Shown: positions 1 to 7,349 of the stretch, piece by piece
Layout of the letters: every line of letters starts with the position of its first letter
How positions within the stretch are numbered: position 1 is the stretch's first letter
From: a virus
Taxonomy: Duplodnaviria > Caudoviricetes
DNA length: 34,257 nucleotides
Virus record (IMG/VR): IMGVR_UViG_3300031716_000035
Location: 1-34,257 of that record
Reading direction: 5' to 3' (one strand)
Program-made: the position numbers and the translations under genes
Notes under the pieces: generated by a model
Told to the model about the DNA's origin: nothing
What the model saw: the letters and a program-made list of their open reading frames with translations, nothing else
Database searches by the model: none

Positions 1-7
1 TGCTGAT

Positions 8-589
8 GTGGCAGTCCTGTTTGCACGCGCAGATAGCGTCTACAAGACGCTGCCCGGGTGCGATGTATGGGACGCCGAGCGCGACGCACGCAAGTGGCAT
101 GGTGGCTCGCCTGTTATCGCCCACCCGCCGTGCCGCGGTTGGGGACGCTTGTCTCACATGGCCAAGCCGCGCTTCGACGAGTTGAACCTCGCTGTCTTCG
201 CCGTCGAACAGGTCCGCCGCTTCGGGGGCGTGCTCGAGCATCCGGCGTTCTCGAAACTGTGGGCACGATGCGATCTGCCGTCGCCGGGTGCACGCGATGA
301 ATTCGGTGGCTGGACACTCCCGATTCATCAGCACTGGTTTGGCCATCGCGCGCAGAAATCTACCTGGCTATACGTCATTGGCTGCCAACCTACCGAGCTG
401 CCGTCCATGCCTATGAAGCTCGGCAAAGCTGAGTACGTAATTGCGTCGAGCCTACACCGCAAGAGCAAGTCTTCGTGGACGCGACCCGAAGTTCCAGATG
501 CAGAGCGCGAGCACACGCCGGTCGAGTTGGCCATCTGGCTTGTCGAAGTAGCGCGCCGCTGCAGTGTCAGAAGCGAATTCACCGCCTAA
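8..589 (+). CDS. Short, divergent DNA cytosine-5 methyltransferase-like phage protein (possibly 5'-truncated by the window edge)
   Basis: Has AHPPC (catalytic PC, motif IV-like), VLEHP (ENV/ENP-like) and WFGHRAQKSTWLY (motif VIII-like). No canonical FxGxG. The frame is open to the window start. Confidence 0.6.
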   Translation: MAVLFARADSVYKTLPGCDVWDAERDARKWHGGSPVIAHPPCRGWGRLSHMAKPRFDELNLAVFAVEQVRRFGGVLEHPAFSKLWARCDLPSPGARDEFGGWTLPIHQHWFGHRAQKSTWLYVIGCQPTELPSMPMKLGKAEYVIASSLHRKSKSSWTRPEVPDAEREHTPVELAIWLVEVARRCSVRSEFTA

Positions 590-602
590 CTCGAGACCAA
601 CC

Positions 603-1163
603 ATGACAGCCACACTCAACGATCAGCAGAAAATGGGCATTCTCCAGCAAATCCCGGTCACGCGCGACGAGAATGGCTTTTGGTCGCACCCGGACCTCAT
701 TCACTTCTGGCATGTCGAAATGAACGACGCCGAGCATTGCACGAAAGAGCAATGGGCCGATCTGGAGCGTCGGGCTGGCATCAAGACGCAAATCGTCACT
801 CTTGAAAGCGAACCGCTGGAACACCCAGCGTACGTTTCGTACTTCGACAATGGCAATCCCGACATATCCGAATGGGATCCATCGCCGCCGCCTGGTTGGT
901 GGCTGATCGACATTTGCGACAACGAAGATGGTCCGTTTGCTGTGTGGGCGACGCATGCCGACGCCGCCCCCCCCCCTTCCGCGCGCCAACGATGCGGAAG
1001 CCGTAGGCGAAGAAATTCACGTGCATATCGAGGGGCGCGATGTTTATCAGTTGCCGCTACTGGCGTCGGGCATGGAACTACCGACGGGCCCGCGCTTCGT
1101 GGTGCATGTGCCGGCCGTGAAGTGTACGTGTGCAGCGTGCGACGGCAGCGGCATCGACGGTGA
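603..1163 (+). CDS. Phage early accessory protein; probably the N-terminal part of a larger gene frameshifted at the C10 tract
   Basis: ATG at 603. Protein-like acidic/aromatic sequence (RDENGFWSHPD...SYFDNGNPDISEWDP...DNEDGPFAVW) runs up to the C run at 967-976, then an Arg-rich off-frame-looking tail follows. Confidence 0.6.
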   Translation: MTATLNDQQKMGILQQIPVTRDENGFWSHPDLIHFWHVEMNDAEHCTKEQWADLERRAGIKTQIVTLESEPLEHPAYVSYFDNGNPDISEWDPSPPPGWWLIDICDNEDGPFAVWATHADAAPPPSARQRCGSRRRRNSRAYRGARCLSVAATGVGHGTTDGPALRGACAGREVYVCSVRRQRHRR

Positions 1164-1656
1164 CTGCGGCGACGACGGTCGCGCGATCGACGTTAAATGC
1201 GCCGCATGCAATGGGTCCGGCGGCACTGCGCCAGCCACCGCAGCGTATGCAGGGGCGACGAACATCGAAGTGATGCGCGAAGCTTTTGAGAAAGCGCGCC
1301 CAGCAGTTAAAAAGTTCCACTACCAGTGGGATATGTCCCGACAGCGCTATCTGCTCGACGGCGACGAAGATCGCGGACAGTACATGCAGAACGAGTTCGC
1401 AGAATGGTGCGAAGCGTGGTGTGAGGCCCTCGCCGCCCCCGCACCCGCAGCCACCGCACCTGCTGCGCTGACGGATGAGCAGATCATCGAGCGCTGCCGG
1501 GCTGTCGGTATCAAGTGGGTTCCGCCAGAGTTGCCCGACGATTGCGATCACGAAATTGGCTTTCCGGGATCGTTCGACATGGCGAGCATGGACGAAATGC
1601 GCGCCCTTCTCGCCACCAACCCCAGAAATAGCACTGATGCAGGGGAGGGATCGTGA
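955..1656 (+). CDS. Modular accessory protein with DnaJ-type Zn-finger repeats; likely the C-terminal part of the 603 gene
   Basis: CAACDGSG and CAACNGSG (CxxCxGxG) and Ala/Pro linkers. No convincing start of its own. The stop overlaps the next GTG (GTGA). Confidence 0.6.
   Translation: MPTPPPPLPRANDAEAVGEEIHVHIEGRDVYQLPLLASGMELPTGPRFVVHVPAVKCTCAACDGSGIDGDCGDDGRAIDVKCAACNGSGGTAPATAAYAGATNIEVMREAFEKARPAVKKFHYQWDMSRQRYLLDGDEDRGQYMQNEFAEWCEAWCEALAAPAPAATAPAALTDEQIIERCRAVGIKWVPPELPDDCDHEIGFPGSFDMASMDEMRALLATNPRNSTDAGEGS
967..976 (+). repeat. C10 homopolymer at an apparent frameshift
   Basis: Ten consecutive C. Removing one joins ...THADAAPP to LPRANDAEAV... Confidence 0.8.
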
Positions 1657-1880
1657 AGCTTCACGGAATGGACATCATCCTCAACCCTATGCTCGACGCA
1701 ATGCCCCGCATGATGGTCAGCCCTCGCTTCGCAGAGCTTATGCCGCCCGAGTTTGTGGCCGACCTCAATGCATGGATGAGAGAGTTCTTCGGAATATCGG
1801 AGCCGAAAATCCTCAGTTACGGCGGACGGCTTTATATGGGGCCGAAGATGTTTGAGGAAGTGAAACGGAGGATTGGATGA
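1653..1880 (+). CDS. Hypothetical phage protein (75 aa)
   Basis: GTGA overlap upstream, ATGA overlap downstream, purine-rich RBS. Confidence 0.75.
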   Translation: MKLHGMDIILNPMLDAMPRMMVSPRFAELMPPEFVADLNAWMREFFGISEPKILSYGGRLYMGPKMFEEVKRRIG

Positions 1881-2173
1881 CTTCCACTGCTGACCTGATT
1901 GCACGGCTGCGCCTGATGAGTTCTGGCCTTGAGCAGCAAGCCGCAGACGCCCTCGAAAACCTCCAGCGCGAGCGCGATGAACTATCAAACGCACTCGCTG
2001 CCGCCAAAGCCGACGCTGCAACCGCATGGGAGCGTCACGCAATGGCAACCCGTCTCGGCAACGCAGCGCGGCAGGAACTGGCCGATGCGAAGAAGGAGAC
2101 CGAAGACATTCGCGCCGTCCTCAAAGCCGCCAGCCCGCGAGCATTTGCGCAGATGGAGAAGATTCATGACTGA
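1877..2173 (+). CDS. Hypothetical coiled-coil phage protein (98 aa)
   Basis: ATGA coupling, GGAGG RBS, Ala/Leu/Glu helical sequence. Confidence 0.75.
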   Translation: MTSTADLIARLRLMSSGLEQQAADALENLQRERDELSNALAAAKADAATAWERHAMATRLGNAARQELADAKKETEDIRAVLKAASPRAFAQMEKIHD

Positions 2174-2588
2174 GAACGTAATTACTCTACCAGCCACAGA
2201 ATTGCCCGCACCTAGGCTTCAACTCCGCTGGGCGCATAGCACGCAGCGCCCCGGCTACGGTTGGGAATGCCACTATGAACTTGTTTTGCCCTTGGGCGAA
2301 TACGACATTCGTCGCGAGAGCTATGACGAGGACGGCAACGAACTCGAAAAGGTAAGCGAACTCGTAGTGCCCATCAAGCCGCCAAGCCTGCGTGGCAGTG
2401 ATGCAACTCCATGCACCGCCCAGGATGGAAGTCGCTACTACGACACCCCATACCGAGACGGCGCGCACGCACTCTGGGATGCAAAGGTGCTAGGCAATCC
2501 ACCGATCTTCGTAATCGCGCCGGACGGCACCGCATTCGCCAGGCCTTCCGAAGACGACGCCGCAATTAAATCCGGGAGCGAGGGATGA
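2166..2588 (+). CDS. Hypothetical phage protein (140 aa)
   Basis: ATG at 2166 preceded by GGAGAAG and overlapping the previous stop; ends GSEG*. Confidence 0.7.
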   Translation: MTENVITLPATELPAPRLQLRWAHSTQRPGYGWECHYELVLPLGEYDIRRESYDEDGNELEKVSELVVPIKPPSLRGSDATPCTAQDGSRYYDTPYRDGAHALWDAKVLGNPPIFVIAPDGTAFARPSEDDAAIKSGSEG

Positions 2589-2797
2589 GCACTGACTACA
2601 GCCTTTATTGCAGCGCATGCCGCAAAGAATTAGAAACGGTTGCTTCTGGAAGCATCGCGTATGGCGACAAGCTGTGGCGCGATAAAAAAGCGCTGGACCA
2701 TCTTCAAGAATTTCTTTTTACGCATGCCGGTCACACGTTGATCTTTCAGGATTCGCAGATCGTTGACGACATGAAAGATGATGGGAGCGAGGGATGA
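2574..2797 (+). repeat. 15-bp direct repeat GGGAGCGAGGGATGA flanking the 70-aa gene
   Basis: Exact copies at 2574-2588 and 2783-2797; each contains an RBS and the ATGA start/stop overlap. Confidence 0.9.
2585..2797 (+). CDS. Small putative Zn-binding protein (70 aa)
   Basis: YCSACRK plus THAGH; ATGA-coupled at both ends. Confidence 0.7.
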   Translation: MSTDYSLYCSACRKELETVASGSIAYGDKLWRDKKALDHLQEFLFTHAGHTLIFQDSQIVDDMKDDGSEG

Positions 2798-2991
2798 AGA
2801 TCCGTCTCGACGAATGGCTCAAGCGCGAGTTCGACCCGCCGCCTGCGATCCGTACGGCGCGCCTGTGGATCAACGCGGGAAAGATATACCCGGCGCCGGT
2901 GAAGGTCGGTCGGTCATACTATGTGGAGCAAAATGCGGTGTTTCAGGACGGCACCGTTCGCCCGCGCCTCGCACAACGAATTCCACAATAA
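2794..2991 (+). CDS. xis: Excisionase (lambda Xis family)
   Basis: 65 aa with LDEW...PPPAIRTARLW...GKIYPAPVKVGRSYYV, typical of lambdoid Xis; lies directly upstream of int. Confidence 0.92.
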   Translation: MKIRLDEWLKREFDPPPAIRTARLWINAGKIYPAPVKVGRSYYVEQNAVFQDGTVRPRLAQRIPQ

Positions 2992-2993
2992 CG

Positions 2994-4079
2994 ATGAGCC
3001 CCAGACCACGCATGCGCCGTCGCGCCAACTGGCCCGACAATCTCCATGAGCCGCGCCCAGGGTACTACACGTGGCGCGACCCTCGCGACGGAAAAACCCA
3101 CATACTCGGCCGCATTGATCTGGCGCTAGCAATCTACGAGGCGCAGGAGGCGAACGTTGTTGCAGCAAAGTCGATGCCGACGAAGACGCTCGCCGAGCGC
3201 ATTTCCGCGCATCGAGAGACTATCGCCGACCTGCTGCAGAAAATGCCGACCACCGGCGTCAAGCCGGCAACGATCCAGCACCGCAAATACCGCGACCGGT
3301 TCATCGAGAATGCGATCGGTACCATACCCTGCGCCGACCTGACCACGAAGCACGTCGCCGACATGCTGGAGAAGATCGAGGCCGAAGGAAAGATGCAATG
3401 GGCAGTGCAGATCCGCAGCCGCATGAAGGCCCTGTGCCGCCGCGGCATGGCGCTGGGCTGGATGACGGTGAACGTCGCGGACCAAACGGACCGCGCGAAG
3501 GTGGTGGTGAAGCGCAAGCGCATGTCTCTCGACGTGTTCAACAAGACGCTTGAGAAGGCCCCGGAAGTTGCACCTTGGCTGCCGAACGCGATGCTGTTGG
3601 CGCTGGTTTCCGGGCAGGATCTTTCGACAGTAGGAACATGGGAACGCGCTGCGCAGCAGGACGGCTATGCGATTCTGACACGCTCCAAAACGGGCGTGCA
3701 GATCGCGATACCGCTCAAGCTGCGGCTCGACGCAATCGGCATGTCTCTCGAAGACGTGATCGCGCGCTGCCGCTCAACCGGTGTCGTTAGCAAATACCTG
3801 ATCCACCACATCAGGCCCAACGTGCACGCGCCACGCGGATCGAAGATCAAGCTGAAGACGATCTCAGAAAAGTTTCTTGCCGCACGCCGGCTGGCCGGAT
3901 TCGAAGCCGAAGACGATCCGACCTTCCACGAAATCCGCAGCCTGTGCAAGCGCCTCTACATGCAGCAGGGCGGCGTCGATACAAAGGCGCTCCTCGGCCA
4001 TCTGAGCGACGGAACAGCCGCGCTATATGAGAACGCGCGAGGCCTTGAACCGATAAAAGTGAAGATTGCGGCCGGCTGA
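2994..4079 (+). CDS. int: Tyrosine recombinase/integrase, lambda Int type (361 aa)
   Basis: N-terminal arm-binding domain (PDNL...YYTWRDPRDGK...LG), SKTG, FHEIRSL (HxxR), LLGH and catalytic Y (TAALY). Box I reads SGQDLST instead of TGQR. Confidence 0.93.
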   Translation: MSPRPRMRRRANWPDNLHEPRPGYYTWRDPRDGKTHILGRIDLALAIYEAQEANVVAAKSMPTKTLAERISAHRETIADLLQKMPTTGVKPATIQHRKYRDRFIENAIGTIPCADLTTKHVADMLEKIEAEGKMQWAVQIRSRMKALCRRGMALGWMTVNVADQTDRAKVVVKRKRMSLDVFNKTLEKAPEVAPWLPNAMLLALVSGQDLSTVGTWERAAQQDGYAILTRSKTGVQIAIPLKLRLDAIGMSLEDVIARCRSTGVVSKYLIHHIRPNVHAPRGSKIKLKTISEKFLAARRLAGFEAEDDPTFHEIRSLCKRLYMQQGGVDTKALLGHLSDGTAALYENARGLEPIKVKIAAG

Positions 4080-4290
4080 GTTTTGAACAAGTTTTGAACA
4101 CTCGTTGAACACGCCTTGCTGGACAAGGCTGAGCGGCCGACGATCCATGTCGAACTGGTAGCTCGGGAAAACGAATACAAGGTACTGATTTATATAAACA
4201 AAACACCGTTCAGTGACCCTCTGAAAAGGCGCTGGAAAAGGTGAATCCGTCCTATACGAATCAATGAGTTACGCAGGGTATTGAACATAG
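4080..4290. other. attP-like recombination region
   Basis: Arm-type TTGAACA repeats (GTTTTGAACA 4080-4089 and 4091-4100, GTTGAACA 4104-4111, TTGAACA 4281-4287). IHF-consensus sites CAAGGTACTGATT 4178-4190 (minus strand) and AATCAATGAGTTA 4259-4271. AT-rich and non-coding, with phage genes on both sides. Confidence 0.8.
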
Positions 4291-4333
4291 CCAGCTATCT
4301 AACCGGATAGCCGAACCGGCGCGCCGAAAGGTG

Positions 4334-4339
4334 TAGAAT
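4334..4339 (+). promoter_or_regulatory. Possible -10 element (TAGAAT) for the acyltransferase cassette
   Basis: TAGAAT about 40 nt upstream of ATG 4381; no clear -35. Confidence 0.35.
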
Positions 4340-4380
4340 CGCGCCCGCACATTTAGAACAACCAGACACGCGAGACCAAA

Positions 4381-5562
4381 ATGAGCCCATACAGCGTTCT
4401 TCCGTACTTCGCGGTTATCGGGTTGGTTACCCTGCTGTTTTCCGCGCCCGCCTTCCGCTTCCTGGATCCTGCGCCGACCGCGCGCCGCGCCGCAAGTATC
4501 GACGGAGTGCGAGGCTTTCTGGCGCTGAGCGTAATGATTTACCACTTCCCGATAGCACTGGGCTATGCGCGGACTGGGCAGTGGCTTGCCCCCACGGCGC
4601 CCTTCTACGACCAGCTCGGCAATATCGCGGTCGCAGTCTTCTTCATGATCACCGGCTATCTGTTCTGGCAGAAGGCGGCCGATTCGAATGGCCACCCCGA
4701 CTTTGGCGCGCTGTATGTCAACCGGGTATTCCGGATCGCGCCGGTCTATCTGGTTGCGGTAGGTGCGATGCTGGTGATCGTCGCAGCGCGCACGGGCTTC
4801 ACGCTGCACCAGCCGCTGGTGAGGCTCGCGATCGAACTCGCGCAATGGGCGGCGCTCGGCGTGCTCGGCATGCCGGACATCAACGGATACGCCGCTCAAT
4901 ACGTTCTGGCTGGCGTGCTGTGGACGCTGCGCTTCGAATGGCTGTTCTACCTGTCCCTGCTGCTGACGGCGCGCTTCGCCACGCGCCTGCATGGCGTCGC
5001 CCTCCCGGTCTTGGCGATCTGCGGATGCTTCGCTGCGTCGCTCGTCGTGCCGGCGCGCACGTGGTTCCTGATTGCGCTGTTCCCCATCGGCATGCTGGTC
5101 GGCGCGGCGCGGCGCGGGAAACCAGAGGCCTCCAATCACCAGTTGGTGAAATCGGGCGCGGCGCTGGCTTGCCTCGCCGCGGTGTTCGTCTTCTGGTCGA
5201 CACCGTTCGGCCCGCTTCAGGTGATCCTGCTCGGCGCGTTCTTCTGGCTCATGTGTTCGGGCGCGACGGTATTCGGCCTGCTGCGTTCGCGCGCTGCGCA
5301 GCGTCTCGGCCATATCAGCTACAGCACCTACCTGCTACAGGGGATCGTGCTCACGCTGGCGCTATCTGTCGGGCCGGTGCGAGCGATCGCGCAGGGGTCC
5401 GGCTATTGGCTGGTCGTACTGGCCTGCGCGCTGGCGCTTGCCCTGCTCTCCGCCGCGTCATATGTCGTGATCGAGAAACGTGGCATTGCGGCCGGACGTC
5501 GATTCGTCAAGATGCTGGGTGAGCACCGGCCGAGTCGCATCGCGGCGCACGATGGGGCGTAA
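4381..5562 (+). CDS. Membrane acyltransferase family 3 (Oac/OafA-like O-acetyltransferase)
   Basis: IDGVRGFLALSVMIYH, AVAVFFMITGY, YVNRVFRIAP, WTLRFEWLFY, LGHISYSTYL and SYVVIEK motifs; multiple TM segments. Confidence 0.92.
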   Translation: MSPYSVLPYFAVIGLVTLLFSAPAFRFLDPAPTARRAASIDGVRGFLALSVMIYHFPIALGYARTGQWLAPTAPFYDQLGNIAVAVFFMITGYLFWQKAADSNGHPDFGALYVNRVFRIAPVYLVAVGAMLVIVAARTGFTLHQPLVRLAIELAQWAALGVLGMPDINGYAAQYVLAGVLWTLRFEWLFYLSLLLTARFATRLHGVALPVLAICGCFAASLVVPARTWFLIALFPIGMLVGAARRGKPEASNHQLVKSGAALACLAAVFVFWSTPFGPLQVILLGAFFWLMCSGATVFGLLRSRAAQRLGHISYSTYLLQGIVLTLALSVGPVRAIAQGSGYWLVVLACALALALLSAASYVVIEKRGIAAGRRFVKMLGEHRPSRIAAHDGA

Positions 5563-5565
5563 TGC

Positions 5566-6249
5566 ATGCGGAGGACGGCAATAGCTGCCGCGCTGGTGAT
5601 AGTCGCGGCTTGCGGGTGCGTAAAGGAACGACGGGCTGTCCTGATCGCCGCGGAAGGTGATTCGACGACCTACGGTGAGCAGGTTATCGGCGGCATCTCA
5701 AAGAGGACTGCTAGCACTACCCCTGCGCTACTGCAGGCCGCATTGCGCGCAAGGTTGGGCCAGAATATCCGAGTGGAGAATCGGGGCGTGCGCGGTGCTA
5801 CCGCAGCGCAGATCCTGAACGGCACGGCTACCTACATCGGCAGCTACGCCAAACCCTACGCGGACGCCGTGAAGACAGACCCGGCGCAGATCGTTATCTT
5901 CAACTTCGCGATCAACGACAGCGCGCCGACAAATCACGAAAGCCCCACCGAGTACCGGAAGGCGCTCACGCTACTCGTCGAGTTGGCGCGCAGCGCCGGG
6001 AAAATGGTGGTGCTCGAGGAGCCGAATCCGGTGGTCGGAAACACCGCGCTTTCACAATACGTCGAGACGATCAAGCGGGTGGGCGCGGAACAGGGGGTTC
6101 CGGTAATCCAGCAGTTTGCGCACACCCAGACGTTTTATGACTGGCCAGCGCTGCTGACCGATGGTATCCACCCCGACGACCGCCTCTATTCAATCAAGGC
6201 GCAGCGCGAGTACGAAGTCATCGCGCCGCTTGTGCGATCGCTTCAATAG
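5566..6249 (+). CDS. SGNH/GDSL hydrolase-family protein with lipoprotein-like signal
   Basis: All four blocks present (GDS, NRGVRG, NFAIND, DGIHP). N-terminus MRRTAIAAALVIVAAC ends in a lipobox-like VAAC. Starts 3 nt after the acyltransferase stop. Confidence 0.88.
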   Translation: MRRTAIAAALVIVAACGCVKERRAVLIAAEGDSTTYGEQVIGGISKRTASTTPALLQAALRARLGQNIRVENRGVRGATAAQILNGTATYIGSYAKPYADAVKTDPAQIVIFNFAINDSAPTNHESPTEYRKALTLLVELARSAGKMVVLEEPNPVVGNTALSQYVETIKRVGAEQGVPVIQQFAHTQTFYDWPALLTDGIHPDDRLYSIKAQREYEVIAPLVRSLQ

Positions 6250-6265
6250 CGGACCGGATGTCCCC

Positions 6266-7105
6266 TTAGCGACGGCGCCGATACTTCAGGCTACCGTTGC
6301 ACGTCATGGTGCTGGTAGCGAAAGATGCCTGCCCGACCATGAATACCGTGGTTGTGGACGCAAGAAGAATGCGGGCGGCGGGAGCCGCAAGGACCTGGTT
6401 TGCGCCGGTCGTGAGTGTCGCATTCAGAAGGGAATAGTCGCCGACGGTCGGGAGCGTGTTAGTCGTGGTGCTAACTCCCGCAGCAATACTGTTTACCGTA
6501 GTGGTTCCGGCCGGCACGAAGACTACAGACCCCCAAACGTCATAGTCGCCAGCGGCCAGAGATAGGCTGTCGCAGGTGACTGGCGTGTTAGCCACCATCG
6601 ACGTGCCGCTCGCGCTATTCGAGTTGAACTCGCCAACGCTTCCCGCGGCTGCGTTATTGGCAGCCGTCGTGCCTACGATGCCACCAGTCTGGGACGTCGT
6701 GAGCTTGCCGCCGATCACCATGTCGCCTACGTCATTCAGGTTGAAAATGACGGCCGACCCGGCACTGTTCACGACCTGCAGATTCCCGCTGAGAACCTGC
6801 AGCGTCTTGTTGGGCGTCGTGCCGCCGTTTCCGGAAAAGAATAGCGCGGAGCCCGACGAAGTATTGCTGTTGGCTATGACCGAAAGAGTCGGCCCCGAAC
6901 TGGCCGAACTGGTGATGCTGATCGGCACCGTGAAAGCCGACGTAGGTGTCGGCGTGCCCCACGCGGGCGCGGCGGTCGAGCCGGTCGATACGATCGCCTG
7001 CCCCGCGGTCGAGCCGGTCGGACTGATGAGTTGCACGGGCACCGTGGTCGCCGCGAACGCAGCCGATGCGCAAAGCGCCAGCAGTGCTCCAATGAGTTTT
7101 TTCAT
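6266..7105 (-). CDS. Fibre-like beta-rich protein with a Sec signal peptide
   Basis: MKKLIGALLALCASAAFA|A signal. Thr/Ser/Gly-rich body with GIVGTTAANNAAAGSVGE and LSLAAGDYDVWGSV segments reminiscent of phage fibre C-terminal domains. Alternative GTG start at 7114. Confidence 0.7.
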   Translation of the reverse strand: MKKLIGALLALCASAAFAATTVPVQLISPTGSTAGQAIVSTGSTAAPAWGTPTPTSAFTVPISITSSASSGPTLSVIANSNTSSGSALFFSGNGGTTPNKTLQVLSGNLQVVNSAGSAVIFNLNDVGDMVIGGKLTTSQTGGIVGTTAANNAAAGSVGEFNSNSASGTSMVANTPVTCDSLSLAAGDYDVWGSVVFVPAGTTTVNSIAAGVSTTTNTLPTVGDYSLLNATLTTGANQVLAAPAARILLASTTTVFMVGQASFATSTMTCNGSLKYRRRR

Positions 7106-7106
7106 G

Positions 7107-7349
7107 TCATTCACCGTCAGGAATTACGGCGTCATCGCCGATGGTTGATGTCAGGGCGTTGTCGCAGTGGCCCGGGTTGATCCAGCCAAGGAATCTGCAC
7201 AGCACGCAGCCCCACGTGCGGCCAGCGGCGCGCGCCTTCGCTGCGCGCTCGCTGATGGTCTCGTTACTCGCGCCGAACAGGAAGATCACGTTCACGCCGA
7301 TGTCGAGCCACTTCAGGATGTTCAGCAGATATTTGCCAACGATCTTCAT
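7107..7349 (-). CDS. Small phage membrane-associated protein in the lysis region (80 aa)
   Basis: Hydrophobic N-half and a NETIS...WGCVLC...HC pattern; ATGA-coupled. Confidence 0.75.
   Translation of the reverse strand: MKIVGKYLLNILKWLDIGVNVIFLFGASNETISERAAKARAAGRTWGCVLCRFLGWINPGHCDNALTSTIGDDAVIPDGE

Noticed and set aside
2778-2993. 433-aa integrase with a long N-terminal extension
   Set aside because: The extension overlaps xis in another frame; the Int arm-binding domain begins at ATG 2994.
4140-4170. tRNA fragment at the att core (GTTCGA on the minus strand)
   Set aside because: The flanks do not form a 5-bp T-stem or an acceptor stem/CCA.
4261-5522. 350-aa (-) and 313-aa (+) ORFs over the acyltransferase
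   Set aside because: Arg-rich shadow frames typical of high-GC DNA.
6972-7021. 16-bp direct repeat GCGGTCGAGCCGGTCG
   Set aside because: Explained by the repeated TGSTA peptide in the coding frame.
6266-7105. Unimolecular spanin
   Set aside because: LALC is a poor lipobox, an SPI site (AFA|A) follows, and there is no C-terminal TM.
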